DNA from: Octopus vulgaris
Taxonomy: Eukaryota
Length of the DNA: 64,000 bases
Reading direction: 5' to 3'
Assembly: GCA_951406725.2 (NCBI GenBank)
Contig: OX597827.1
Location: 24,490,001-24,554,000, forward strand
Numbering within the stretch: position 1 is the first letter of the stretch; every line of letters begins with the position of its first letter. Positions 35,460-49,565 of the stretch are shown in pieces. Both the position numbers and the translations under genes were made by a program. Below the pieces are notes generated by a model that was not told where the DNA came from, made no database searches, and worked only from the letters and a program-made list of their open reading frames with translations.

Positions 35460-36041
35460 ACTTTATTCTTTTACTCGGTTCAGTCATTTAACTGTGCCCA
35501 TGCTGGAGCACCACCTTTAGTTGAACAAATCGACCCCAGGACTTATTCTTTGTAAGCCTGCTGAACTGCTAAATCATGGGGATGTAAACACACCAACATC
35601 AGTTGTCAAGCGGTTGTGGGTGGACAAACAGACACAAATAACAAACACATGCATACATATACACGACGGGCTTCTTTCACAGTTCTATATTTAATAGATG
35701 AGGAATTATGTACCTTATTTACATTTGATGGATATTCGTCCTCATCTTGCTTGTTGTTAACACAACATTTCGGCTGATATATCCTCCCAAGACACCTGAT
35801 GAAGGCTGGAGGGTATATCAGCCGAAACATTGTGTTAACAACAAACAAGATGAGGACAAATATCCATCAAATATAAATAATGGGCTTCTTTCAGTTTCCG
35901 TCTACCAAATCCACTCACAAAGTTTGGTCAGCCCAAGGCTATAGTGGAAGACACTTGCCCAAGGTGCCACATAGTGGGACTGAACCCGGAACCATGTGGT
36001 TGGTAAGCAAGCTTCTTACCACACAGCCACTCCTGTGCCTA
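35460..36041 (-). mobile_element. Family A SINE interrupted by a palindromic insert
   Basis: Tail at 35460-35680, head at 35881-36041; GGGCTTCTTTCA occurs on both sides of the insert. Confidence 0.8.
35715..35880. repeat. ~72-bp inverted repeat with a hammerhead-like core at its centre
   Basis: Arms 35715-35786 and 35808-35880; CTGATGAA-GGCTG...CAGCC-GAAAC at 35796-35828. Confidence 0.85.
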
Positions 36042-37094
36042 TTGCAACAAACAGCTGGGTTTCTTCCTCTAATATTTTACGTATTTCAACCTACACAAGT
36101 TAATGAGTGAAAACTAAAACAGGAATTTTGAAAGAAGTTTCTATGGGGTTCCAGCAGAATAAAATAGTAACCAAAGTGGTCCATAGATAAAAGAATGATT
36201 GGTAAGCTGGTAATCACTACTGCTAAAGTATTTCCATAAGAACACTTCAGCAGGAACACAGAACAAATCCTTCTTTCTTCTTTCTATCATATTTCCTTTC
36301 CATTGAAATCTGATGACCTCAAAGTGCTTTCTTGTCTTTTGAATTCGAAACTAAATCAAAATCCGTTAAAGGGTAAATGTTTCACTCACATGGTACCTTC
36401 AAACAAGGAACAAATGTTATTTATAAACCTCAAATATCTCAATGTTTGATGACAACACTTAAAATCACTTATAATGGGGGATGTAGTTTATCAATGGATA
36501 AGCACGAAATTTATTTAGGAAAATCCCTCTGAGACAGTTTAAGTGGATCATTCTCAGATATCAATTGCATGAGGTAAAAAGGAAAAAAAAAGTGACAAAA
36601 CGTAAAGTACACTGGTTTGTGTGTTGGGTTGAGAAAGGACATCTGGCAATTTGGGCAGAATTTTATTTTGTTGGAAATTAATGTAATATTCTCTTTTATA
36701 ATGCAGGATCTCCGTATTTCTGATGAAGGCATTCAAAATGGTTCTGTATACTCTGGTTGAAATCCTGCTTAAATCAACTTTGCTCACTGAATGTTTGAAA
36801 TATATAGGATGTGTCTGAAACATACTAAATTAATGGGTGTAAGCATGGCTGTGTGGTAAGAAGCTTGCTTCCCAACCACATGGCTCTTGGTTCAGTCCCA
36901 CTGCGTGGTACCTTGTGCTTTGACTATAGCCTCGGGCTCAATCAAAACTTTGTGAGTGAATTTGACGGACAGAAATCTAAAGAAGTCCGTTGTGTCTGTC
37001 TGTCTGTAGGCATGTGTGTGTGTGTGTGTGTCTCTCACCACTGCTTAACATGCACCTGGAAAGTTCATCTTGAATATGTGTTTGTGTGTCTTAT

Positions 37095-38440
37095 TTTACT
37101 TTTTCTTTGGCCATGCTGTGGCACTGCCCTGAAGAGTTTTGCTTAAACAAATTGATCCGAGAACTTATTTTTTTTAAAACCTAGTACTCATTCTGTTGGT
37201 CTCTTTGCTAAAACGCTAAGTTAGAGGGACATAAACACACCAACACTGGTTGTCAAGTGCTGATGGAGGACAAACACAGACACAAAGACACACACACACA
37301 CATGACAGGCTTCTTTCAGTTTCTGTCTACTAAATCTGCTCACAAGGCTTTGGACGGCCCAAGGTACCACGCAGTGGGACTGAACCCAGAACCATAGTGA
37401 TGATGATGATGATAATTGTAACTGGAAATCTTTAATTGAGATTATGTCTCAAAGATTATAAAAACAAATCAAAAGATTTTGTTTTCGATATTTGAAATAG
37501 GAAGATGACATTGCAAAAAAAACAAAAAAAAAAAAACAAAAACAAAAAAAAAACCAGAATTATTTTTATCAACCTAAAAGTCATATTCTCATGATCATGA
37601 CTGTGTAGTTAGAAGTTTGCTTCCAAACCACATGGTCCTGGGTTCAGTCCCACAGTGTGGCACTTAGGGCAAATGTCTGTTACTGTAGCCTCAGCATGAG
37701 TGGATTTGGTAGATGGAAACTGAAAGAAGCCCTTCATATATATATATAGGCACAGGAGTGGCTGTGTGGTAAGTGTCTTGCTTACCAACCACATGGTTCT
37801 GGGTTCAGTCCCACTGCGTGGCACCTTGGGCAAGCAAGTTTTCTACTATAGCCTCGGGCTGACCAAAGACTTGTGAGTAGATTTGGTACTTGGAAACTAA
37901 AAGAAGCCCGTTGTATATACATATATATAAGTGTGTGTGTGTGTTTGTCCCCCCCACCATCGCTTGACAACAGATGTTGGTGTGTTTACATCCCCGTAAC
38001 TTAGCAGTTCGGTAAAAGAGACTGATAGAATAAGTACTAGGTTTACAAAGAATAAGTCCTGCAGTCAATTTACTCGACTAAAGGCAAAACAAAAAGACTG
38101 AAACAAATAAAAGAATAAAAGAATATATATATATATATATATACACACACACTTATTCAGTCTGTGTGTATTTGTATTTATGCATTTGAGTTTGTCCCCC
38201 ACCACTGCTTGACAACCAGTGTTGGTGTGTTTATGTCCCCATGACTTAGCGATCCAGAATAAGTCCCAGACTTAAAGAAAATTGTTAAGGACTTTGGTTG
38301 ATTCATTTTATTCTTTTGCTTGTTTCAGTCATTTTGACTGTGGCTATGCTGGAGCAACACCTTGACTAAAAATTCTTCAAGAAGGTGCACCAGCATGGCC
38401 ACAGTCTAATGACTGAAACAAATAAAAAATATAAAAATAA
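37095..38440. mobile_element. Cluster of family A SINEs (minus 37095-37395; plus 37598-37735, 37748-38125, 38180-38440)
   Basis: Repeated family A head and tail motifs. Confidence 0.8.
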
Positions 38441-39319
38441 AACTTAGATTAAATATAGAAAGATGACAGTCACAAGTGCATCACCCTAGCCCCCAAGCCA
38501 TGCTCGTGCATGCTGAAATACTATCTTCTTCTAAATAAAAGTGTGAATTGAAGAACCTTTCTCTTTTATATTTAGCACAGAAAATACCAGCTAAAAATAA
38601 AATCCCCAAACCAGTTCCTTATTGTCATGAAATCTCGTTACATAATCATTTATTAAGGTGATTATGGACGAGGTAATGATTATTTGCAACTCAAATTGGT
38701 GTACATTTTAGATGAGAGCTCCAAGCAGTGATGGAAGACGGATATAGATAAATATTAGAGAAGAAATTAGCTAATTTAATATGAATGTCTATTTTGACAT
38801 CTGACATCACGTAGATGGTTCTAATTACATATTTGCGGATTAAGAATGCAAAATAAGCTTAACGGTTAAATGAACTATGGAATGAGGTGTGGGCCTATAA
38901 ATCATATGTTGGGTAACTTTCTGAAAGTAAATCTGTAAGTCTTACCTTTGAAATAAGTAATCAGTCATTCACTCCTGTAAGGAGTACATTGCTTGAAATG
39001 TTAAGCATTTAAACTGGCTTTATGTGTTCTATCTTCAAACTGGCCAGATCCAGCCTCTCACACCTACCCTACAATGTCATTCTAAAAATAAACAATCACA
39101 TCATCATCATCATCAACACCATTATCATCATCATTGTTGTTATCATCATTGTCTCAGTTATTAATATCATGATTGTCCTTGTCATCATTTTCCTCCTCCT
39201 CCTCCCCTCTTCCTCTTTCCTGCTTAGAATGGTACTTTACTTTGAGCCAAATATTTCTCATATGATGGCAACTGTGTCCATGGTACCACTTCCTGCTACA
39301 AAGTCAAGCTGCACCTCAC

Positions 39320-39630
39320 CTATGTAGGTCCGACCCTCTTAGGAAATGACACTCCACTGGTTACAATGATGAAGGTTCCAGTTGAACCAATTAATGGAAC
39401 AGGCTGCTCGTGAAATTAACAGGCAACTGATGAAGCACACCACAGACATGCGCAGCCATCACATGGTCCTCAAGGAGATTCAGCCATGGCAGAGAATGTA
39501 ACAAGGCTGTCCCCTTTTGAATTACGGGTACAATACATTTTTGCCAGTTGAGTGGACTGGAGCAATGAGAAATGGAGTGTCTTGCTCAAGGACACAATGC
39601 ACCCCCCAGGCATTGAACTCAGGACCTTAC
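39320..39630 (-). mobile_element. Diverged SINE related to 59441-59820
   Basis: GTTCCAGTTGAACCAATTAATGGAACAGGCTGCTCGTGAAATTAA matches the reverse complement of the 59740-59800 tail. Confidence 0.6.
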
Positions 39631-39789
39631 GACATAATTTGAATACCCTTTTTCAACCTTTTTACCCTTGTGTAACCCTTAAAAATATATCACATGTCTC
39701 AAGGAACCCTGCACAAAAAACTTATATACCATATCTTTCTCATATGTTTTTCATCGTAGTTCATGTGGTAAATAACAGATATATATAAG

Positions 39790-39839
<50 letters not shown>

Positions 39840-40207
39840 TAACTGGTTTAAGAAAAAAATGAATACTTCTTTGATAACCTAATAGGTTAGATAAGATGAT
39901 GTCTATATTACAATATTACAATAACCAATAATATGTTGTGCATGTATAGTAATATTATGATCATGAAATCAGTAGTCAGCTTATCTCACTCTTTGATAAG
40001 GATCTCATTCAGCAGTTACAAAAGATCATCACTCAAAACAGTTTGTCTTACAGAAACAAATTTATCACAGACATCACCATTTTTAAAAGGAAACCACAGC
40101 CAACATCTGAATGACTTCACTGCATAAAGATATACTCCACAAATGCTTTACATTTCATAAACAACGGTGAATACGTTGCATTTTAAAGTCTTTACTATAT
40201 TTTTTGA

Positions 40208-40610
40208 CATGCAGGAGTGGATGTGTGGTAAGTAGCTTGCTTACCAACCACATGGTTCTGGGTTCAATCCCACTGTGTGGCACCTTGGCAAGTGTCTTCT
40301 ACTATAGCCTTGGGCTGACCAAAGCCTTGTGAGTGGATTTGGTAGATGGAAACTGAAAGAAGCCCATCATATAAATATATGTATTTATATATGTGTGTGT
40401 GAGTATGTTTGTGTGTCTGTGTTTGTCCCCCCAGCATCGCTTGACAACCAATGCTGGTGTGTTTACGTCCCCATAACTTACTGGTTTGGTTAAAGAGACT
40501 GATAGAATAAGTACTAAGCTTACAAAGAATAAGTCCTGGGTCGATTTGCTTGACTAAAGGTGGTGCTCCAGCATGGCCACAGTCAAATGACTGAAACAGG
40601 TAAAAGAGTA
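40208..40610 (+). mobile_element. Family A SINE, full length
   Basis: Head-to-tail match with 1929-2335. Confidence 0.85.
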
Positions 40611-41919
40611 TACAAGCCAACATTGTATACAGAGTAAACATTTTGTGCAAACATTCAGGCCTTGGTCACCATCGTTTCCAATTCCTGTTGTATTTCACTT
40701 GGAAAGTTGTCTTTAATTCTACAACCATAGATACCAAATTTAAATATGGACAACAGGAAGTTCAATACAGGGAGTTTAGAAGAGAGTAGTAGAAATGGGA
40801 CCAGGAGTGAAATTTTCTGTGAGTTGCAATCAAGAGGGTTAACACAACATGATCTTTGCAATTTTCTAAGCCATGTGGTGTTTCTGTGGTTAAAGTTTAT
40901 TGATGTTAGGAAAGGAATTCTTAGTAGCACTAGTGCGTGAGTGTGTCAATGTATGTGTGTATTTGTACGTGTGTAAATGCATTCACATAGACACACATGC
41001 ACACGCATACAGCGAGGTATGTACATGAAAAGACAAATATGTGAAAGACAAGAAAAATAAAATGACAAAGTCTTAAGATAAATATGAAAGATAGAACTCA
41101 TGGAATGAAAGACAGATAAGATTTAAGAGAACAATGGCAAACACAGACTGAATAAAGAAACATCGGGTATGGAGGACAGCAACATTACAGACATAAGTAA
41201 CCAACGGAAATTGAGGTTACTGTTGTTAATTTTGTTGTAGAAAGATGAGAGACGTAGACTTGGTGGGAAGATTGTATTTGCTCAAATATTATATTTCCTT
41301 AAGCTGTCATTTTATATTACATAGCTGTAAGTTTTATGTCTTTGCTCTTCAGGCAAAACAGAGAAAGAGTGACAAGGAATTTGTTATTTTGAATATGTAG
41401 TAAAACTAGAAAATAACATGGTTTTTGAATAAGTGAAAAGAAAGCAGAAAGGAATTAGGAAAGAGGGAGCAATGTAAAAATAGTTATGAGATTGGCCACA
41501 TGTAGTCCTTGAAGCCTTCTCCACAAGACACACAGCCTAATATCTATTTAAAGTGCTGTCTCCATTATAGGTTCAGGAACAAGGGGGTGAAGGCGGTGCA
41601 AGCATACCCACAGAAATTTTTTGAAGGGAGCAATAAAAATGCTTTGAGTGTCCCTCTGAGAAAAAAAAAAGCCAGGAACATTTTTATGAACTGGTTTGAA
41701 ACATTGCTTTTCCAATATTGGATTGATCTGATTTGGTCGACCCACCACCGCCACCATCACAGGCACAGCAGCAGATATTTCGCTACTGCCCCAGCCACTT
41801 GCCTCCTTAAGCTTTCAGTCATACTGTAACATCTCTTATCCTTCATTTAGACTCTAGGTGTGTCTCGGCAAGTGATTGTAACAAACATACAGATTAAAAG
41901 TAAATAATAATAATAATAA

Positions 41920-42115
41920 TTATGGAGATGTACTTGCATAGCAAGTGTCCTGATCTGAGATCGTGTGCTGGAACAAAAACAATTGCAGTGTGGAGGGTGT
42001 TTATAAGCCATTTAAGAAACACACAAAATCCGTTAGATTCACTTCAACATTTAAATTTAATTTGTCAAAATATTTTTGTCACTTTGAGACCACGACCTTT
42101 TCACTGACAAAATTC
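41920..42115 (+). repeat. Unclassified ~190-bp repeat (also 47395-47545 minus, 48163-48345 plus)
   Basis: ATGGAGATGTACTTGCATAGCAAGTG..CTGATCTGAGATCGTGTGCTGGAA...GATTCACTTCAACATTTAAAT is present three times. Confidence 0.8.
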
Positions 42116-42123
42116 TGTGCTGC

Positions 42124-42175
<52 letters not shown>

Positions 42176-42191
42176 CAATAATAATAATAAT

Positions 42192-43762
42192 GATAACCTT
42201 CTCTTTATGGATGATTTAAAACTGTTTGGAAAAATAGATCCTGAAATGGAGAGGCAGGTTGAGACTGCAAATGTGCAGCAAGGACATAGGGATGGAATTT
42301 GGTATCTTGAAGTGTGCTGTGCTTACTTTGGAGCAGGAGAAAAGAGTAAATTGCAGGAGCATAGAATAGCCAAACAGAGAGAGAATGGCAGACCCGGATG
42401 ATGATGGGTAAAAGTACCTTGGGATCCTGGAGCTGGACGATATTTTGCACAGAGAAATGAAAGACAAGGTCATCACTGCATATTTGAAGCGCCTCAAACT
42501 TCTTTTGAAATCAAAGCTCAACTCAAGGAACCTTGAGACTACCATCAACATATGGGCTGTTGCTGTAGTCCGCTACAGTGCACTGATCCTGAGATGGACA
42601 CAAGCAGAGATTGACCAACTTGATTGCACTACTCGAGAGTCAATGACAATGCATGGTGCCCTCCACCCTAAGGCAGATGTACATAGGCTCTACATGAAGA
42701 GAGGTAAAGGTGGATGTGGGCTGATTAGTGTATGGGAGTGCATCAACAGTGAAAGAAGAAACATGGCAGAATATTTGGTAAACAGCAAAGAAGACCAGCT
42801 ACAGTATGCTGCTAGTGCAGAAGGATTTACCAAAAATGGACTTGAGAGTGCTCATGAATTCCGATCAAGGACAGCCAACGAGAGAGAGAGAAGAAACTCT
42901 ACTCCATATGGAATTACATGGTCAGTTCCATTGTGAAACTAACAAGTTAAAAGAACAGGAAGCATCATGGAGGTGGCTCAACAAGGGTGACCTAAAAAAG
43001 AATACTGAAAGCCTAATCATCGCGGCCCAGGACCAGGCATTGAATACCAACTCAGTGAAAATGAATATATACCACACAAGTGCAACAGACCTCTGCAGAA
43101 TGTGTGGGAAGAGGGTCGAAAGTGTGACTCACATTGTTAGTGCTTGTGAAAGTCTTGCGCAGAAAGAGTACAAACGTAGACATGATAAAGTAGCCCAAAA
43201 CCTCCACTGGCTACAATGCTGTAAGTATAGATATGAGGTTATGGGTACTTGGTACCAATATACACCGGAAATGGTAATAGATAAAAAGGGGAAGGCAAAA
43301 ATCCTCTGGGACTTTGATTTCCAGACAGACAAGGTATTAGAACACTGAAGGCTGGATATAGTAACCTTTAGGAGGGACAAACAAGAGTGCTTAACAATCA
43401 ACATGGCAGTGCCAGGAGATCAACATATTATCATGAAAGAAAGAGAAAAGGGTGATAAATATGGAGACTTGAGAATTGAGATCGCTAAGATGTGACAGTT
43501 ATGAGAGTTGAACATAAAAGTTGTCCCAATTGTGATTGGAGCATTAGGTAGACCCAAGCTGAAAGAAACATCTGAAAACTTTAGAAGTACACTACAGTCT
43601 TGGTGTATTGCAAAAGTCGACATTACTTGGAACTGCAGGCATATTGCGTAAAGAACTGTCTGTCTGAGGGCCTTGTTGTGACTTGACAAACAGTACAAAC
43701 CCCCAGGAGACACAATATCTTCAATCAACAACCTCACGATATTTGATAGTCTGTGACGTCTA
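42192..43762 (+). mobile_element. 5'-truncated R4/Dong-clade non-LTR retrotransposon in an (AAT)n microsatellite
   Basis: LFMDDLKLF (RT), YLGI, HPKADVHRLY..GGCGL, AAQDQAL, CCHC knuckle CRMC..ESVTHIVSAC, RHD, ILWDF, VVPIVIGALG (restriction-like endonuclease); (AAT)n on both sides; frameshifts and stops. Confidence 0.88.
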
Positions 43763-43776
43763 CAATAATAATAATG

Positions 43777-43822
<46 letters not shown>

Positions 43823-44743
43823 CAACAATAACAACAACAACAACAACAATAATAACACCTGTGCTTGTTTTGATTTTAAGATTGAAAATATTGACCTGGT
43901 TTGTAAAATAATTAGGACTTGGGTTTGCACCCTCTAAATAAATTTTATTCCTGCACTTATGGCCTTCATTGAATACCATCTGGAGTGGAATACCTTCATA
44001 TCATTTTAGCTATGATAAAACATGGCTGGAACATCCTTGACCATAAGTCTGTGTGATCAGAGCTTACTTGGGGATTAGCAACAACAACAGTTACAACATT
44101 TGATGGCTCAGTCTACCAAGCTGTAAATGAGTATCATGAATAGGGGCACCTCAGTCTGAAGCAATCTGTGCATGGTTTATAACTCATGAGTATTTAATCA
44201 TTTGGGGAGATCGGGGCTTGAAACGTCCCTTCAGTGTTTAGGAAGGGGTGACGACATGCACCAGGTAAGTAAATGATGGTAAACAGATGTTGTTAGTGAA
44301 AGGGTATATGTGTTTATGTAATTATTGAAAGCAGATGTAATTAGATATCATTATTGGTGAAGTACAGAAGTGACCCCACCCCCCAATACTTAATTTCTTT
44401 TCATTAACATTTCTTGTTTACTTCGTTAAGTGAGCCAAAAATAGCAGAGAAATCATCGTTAAATCAAACTGCAACATCTTGGTTGTTTCTTTCACATAGG
44501 AAAACAACAAAAAAAAAATGATGGTGGATGGTTATGGTTGGAATGTCTTTGATCAAAGATCTGTTGAACTGGAGCTGTCCAAGGGATAAGCAACATCAAC
44601 AACAACATCAACAAAAACTACTACAACCATCACCACCACACCATCACCCCACCCCAACAACAATAACAACAGCAGCAGCAACAACAACAGTTGCAGCAGT
44701 AAGAGCAGTTGCAGTAAAAACAACAGCGACAGCAGCAACAACA

Positions 44744-45060
44744 GTGGAGGTGCATTGGCCCAATGATTAGGGCAGCGGACTCGCGGTCGGAGGATCGTAG
44801 TTTCAATTCCCAGACTGGGCTTTGTGTGTGTTTATTGAGTGAAAACACCTAAAGCTCCACGAGGCTCCCCAACTTTCTCTCACTCTTTCTTCCTGTTTCT
44901 TGTCCCTGACTTCCTACGCAGCCATTGAGCCTGGATGCGCATTCATCCATCCGTCGATGCTCTCGGTGTCGTGAGTTGACCTGCTTTCTCTTCTGTGGGT
45001 CTTACGAATAGCAAAGACCACGTTTCGGACTTCTCCCACTGGGACAAAGACCGCTTCACT
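44744..45060 (+). mobile_element. tRNA-derived SINE (family D)
   Basis: GTGGAGGTGCATTGGCCCAATGATTAGGGCAGCGGACTCGCGG head; reverse-complement match to 58180-58536; (CAA)-type tail. Confidence 0.82.
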
Positions 45061-45659
45061 CAACAAACAAACAAACAAACAGCAGTTGCAGTAAAAACAA
45101 CTGCTGCAGCAGCAACAACAGCAACTTGTTATGTTGTAACAGTTAGTTTCTCTTGTTTTTCAGTAAATTATTTCCAAGTTCTCACTGTTTAATTAGCAAA
45201 ATTAATTATATCTTGTATTTAATGATTTACTCAAATGTACTTTTAAAATGTATTGCTCTAAAGTGTCACCAGAGAGAGAGAGAGAGAGGGAGGGAGAGAG
45301 AGAGGGAGGGAGAGATAAAGAGGAGAGAAACAATAGTGGAAAGAAGAGGGATCAGGTAGACAGTGAAAGGGATTTGAAGGGAGATAAAGTGAGGCACAAC
45401 AACAGAGACAGACAATGTGGGGCCTTGCACAGGGAAGTAAGAAAATGGGCTTCTCGTTTTAAGGTTAGAGTACATCTGCAGATATATATGGGGATATTCA
45501 GGGTAAATGGACGGACGGACACACACACACTCTCGCACACACATGCACGTACTCATACATGCACACACACACACTCATGCATACACATACATAGACACTC
45601 ACACATACACACACAGACACTCACACACACTTACACACACACACACACACACGTATGTA

Positions 45660-46465
45660 TATGTTTATTTTATTTACCTTTTGACTTGTTTCAGTCATTA
45701 GACTGTGGCCATGCTGGGGCGCCGAATGAACGGGGGGTGCCAGTACTTAATTCTTTCAAGCCTGGTACTTATGCTATCAGCCCCTTTAACCGAACCATTA
45801 CAGTACTGGAACATAAATATACCAACACTGGTTGTCAAGCGATGGTGGTGGAGGTGAGGGGGGGAGGACAAACAGAAACACAGACACACATGCACGCACA
45901 CACACAAACCACCACCACCACCACCATTGTTCAATGTCTTGAAAAAATTACAAAAATTGATTCCAGGTGAGAATGCGATTGATAAAGCCGTTTTTGTCCT
46001 GCTTTTCGTCCGTCAAGCTGTACATAACTGCATCTTCCATGGCAAAGTCAATCTCTTGCAGGATTTGAACTCAGAAACATAAAAACCATTAGTAAATAGT
46101 CATCTTTTACCTGTTTCAGTCATTGGACTGTGGCATCTTGAAGAATTTCTTTAGTTAAATGGATCAAACCCTGTACTTATTCTTATTTTAGCCTGGTACA
46201 ATTCTATCGGTCTCTTTTGCTAATTGTTAAGTTAAGGGGGCATAAACACACCAAGGTCAATCATCAAGCAGTGCTGGGGGACAAATGCAGACACACACAC
46301 ACACATGATGGGCTTCTTTCAGTTTCCACCTACCAAATCCACTCACAAAGTTTTGGTTAGCTGAGGTCATAGTAGAAAACACTTGCCCAAGATACATCAG
46401 AGTGGGAGTGAACCCATAACCATGTAGTTGGGAAGTGAGCTTCTTATACTACACAGCTACATCTG
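45660..46465 (-). mobile_element. Family A SINE fragments (45660-45905, 46080-46465)
   Basis: Reverse-complement family A motifs. Confidence 0.7.
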
Positions 46466-47223
46466 TACTTTTGCCCCTTTACAAGTTCATCATTCAGGTT
46501 TCCACTGATATATGACGAGAGAGAGGTATCATCATCATCATCATCATCATCACCATTAACTTTTCCATGCTTGCATGGGTTAGATGGAATTCATTAAAAC
46601 ACATTCTCTATGGCTGTCGCCCTGTTCCTTCACAAGTTAATATTTCTCCGTAGCCAGACTCACATTTCATGGAATATCGGAAGGGAATCCTACAGCTTGT
46701 ATAACAGAAACATTTTGCTACAACAAATTACCAAATGTAAAAAACAAGCAAATCTGAACAACACCTATCCCCTACATGTATACATACATACTCTCTCTTC
46801 CCCACCACCACCTCTCTCTTCCCCACCACCACCTCTCTCTTCCTTCTATCATTTTATCCTGATCACTAGTTAACACACCTTCTCTTTCTTCACTTGGTTA
46901 TTGTCTCTCACCCTCTTTTTTTTTTCTCTCTTCCTGTTTTTGATTTGACCTTACAAACACATCTTCAACACCTTTAAGTCACTTCAAGAAAACCCTCAAT
47001 CAAATAACACACTTTACAAGACTCAATGCTTGGAACGACCAATTATAAACACACACACACACATACCTTGGTACAGGAAAATTATATATACACCATTCTG
47101 CTTAAATAATGGAACTGCAGATACAATATCTTTATGTATCTCGCATCTGGTTTCATCCCTCCACTTCACTCTGTATTTCATATCTTCTCTACAATAATTA
47201 TTACTTAAACATTTTCTCACACC

Positions 47224-47271
47224 GTCTCTGATGAAGGGATATATAAAATAACTCAGAAACAGCAGTAAGAC
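47224..47271 (+). ncRNA. Minimal type I hammerhead ribozyme-like motif
   Basis: Stem I GTCT/AGAC enclosing CTGATGA-(degenerate stem II)-GAAA-CAGCAG-TA (GUA cleavage triplet). Confidence 0.55.
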
Positions 47272-47842
47272 CTTCTCTTTATAAATGGTCTGAAAACTAT
47301 CCAGTCTTGGATATTTTTATCTCATTCTGTTAATAATAATAATAATAACAATAATAATAATAATGATAACCTTCTCTTTATGGATGATTTAAATTTTGGC
47401 AAATTAAATTTAAATGTTGAAGTGAATCTACCGTTTTTTGTGTGTTTCTTAAATGGCTTATAAACACCTTCCATGATGCAATTGCTTTCATTCCAGCACA
47501 CTATCTCAGATCAGGTCACTTGCCATGCAAGTACATCTCCGTAATATATATATGTATATATATCTTTTAAATTCATTTATGCTAATGTTAGTGTTATGCA
47601 AATAAAGCTCTTATTCCATTATGCCAGCTAGATTGGCCTTCATATTGCCAAGAACGGATAAGTATCGTTCTGTGATTCATCCACTAATGCAGAATCGCCT
47701 GATGAAATGAATCAATGATGATGATTAACCGGATGACCCAGGATAATATGGATTGTACTATACTTATTCCCAAGGGTTAGAAACATGCGTAAGCGATGTA
47801 TTAAATATCTATAAATTCCATCCTAGAATTATTGTTATTATG

Positions 47843-47887
<45 letters not shown>

Positions 47888-47938
47888 ATATATGTATGTG
47901 TGCGCGTGAGAGCATATGTATATATATGTATATATACA

Positions 47939-47992
<54 letters not shown>

Positions 47993-48082
47993 CATATATG
48001 TGAATACACACACACACATATTGTACCTAATTCAACTGAATCTTAATTTTTTTCTTAACTTGTCAACAATATATATATACAC

Positions 48083-48115
<33 letters not shown>

Positions 48116-48464
48116 CGCATATAGAATTTATATAATTATATATATATATACATACATACATTATGGGGATGTACTTGCATAGCAAGTGACCTGATCTGAG
48201 ATCGTGTGCTGGAATTGCAGTGTGGAAGATGTTTATAAACCATTTAAGAAACACACAGAAACCGTTAGATTCACTTCAACATTTAAATCTAAATTGCCAA
48301 AATATTTTTGCTGCTTTGAGACCGTGACCTGTTCACTGACAAAATTCTTCTTCTTTTTCTTCTTCCCTGCCAAGAATTCACAACAACCTCGAACCCACAA
48401 GAGTAAACAAGAGAAATAGAGACAGGCAGAAACAAGAAAAATACTCCTTGTATTTGAATACTCT

Positions 48465-48861
48465 CTTTTACTTGTTTCAGTAATTTGACTGTGGCCATGC
48501 TGGAGTGCCGCCTTTAGTCGAGTAAATTGACCCCAGGACTTATTCTTTGTAAACCTAGTACTTATTCTATCAGTCTCTTTTACCGAACTGCTAAGTTACA
48601 GGGACGTAAACACACCAGCATGTATTGTCAAGCAATGTTGGGGGGACAAACACAGACACTCAAATATATACATACATATATAAATATACATATATACGAC
48701 AGGCTTCTTTCAGTTTCCATCTATCAAATCCACTCACAAGGCTTTGGTCGGCATGAGCCAATAGTAGAAGATACTTGCCCAAGGTGCCATGCAGTGAGAC
48801 TGAACCCGAAACCATGTGGTTGGTAAGCAAGCTACTTACCATACAGCCACTTCTGCGCCTA
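48465..48861 (-). mobile_element. Family A SINE, full length
   Basis: Reverse complement of the consensus. Confidence 0.85.
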
Positions 48862-49034
48862 TACAAATATATGCGCCTACTATGCAAAAATTCTTTTTAA
48901 AAAGTCTATTCTTTTAATTTTTCCAAAATCTAATTGTTTTCCATACTTACAGTTGAAAAAGTCTCAATGACTGAAACCGGTTTTGAAATGTTTTTTATAA
49001 AATTATTTTAGCATTTTCTACCTTGACTTTTTTT

Positions 49035-49076
<42 letters not shown>

Positions 49077-49375
49077 ATATCTATCTATCTATATGTATGT
49101 ATGTATATATATTGAATTGAATCAAGGTATTTTCATATCAAGGACACCAAGCAAGGTTTGTGATCCGCACATTTGTATATACTGCCATATGCAAACACAC
49201 CTGTATGTACTGATGTATAAACGGATGCATTCATAAACTTACGTATACATGTACATGCATACATAAATATTCACATACATATATACATGTACATTAAATT
49301 ATGTAGCCATGCATTCGTGTGTATATATATATGTGGATGTGTGCATTTTTCCCTTGTTTACAATTAACATATATA

Positions 49376-49519
49376 GGCAAAGTGTGGCTGTGTGGTAAGA
49401 AGCTTAGTTCCCAACCACATGGTTCCAGGTTCAGTCCCACTACATGGCATCTTGGGCAAGTGTCTTCTAGTATAGCCTTGTGAGTGGATTTAGTACATGG
49501 AAACTGAAAGAAGCCTATC

Positions 49520-49565
<46 letters not shown>

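Noticed and set aside
48948-48985. Additional hammerhead candidates (48950 and ~60550)
   Set aside because: Only the GAAAC half is recognisable; the CTGANGA core is absent or mutated.
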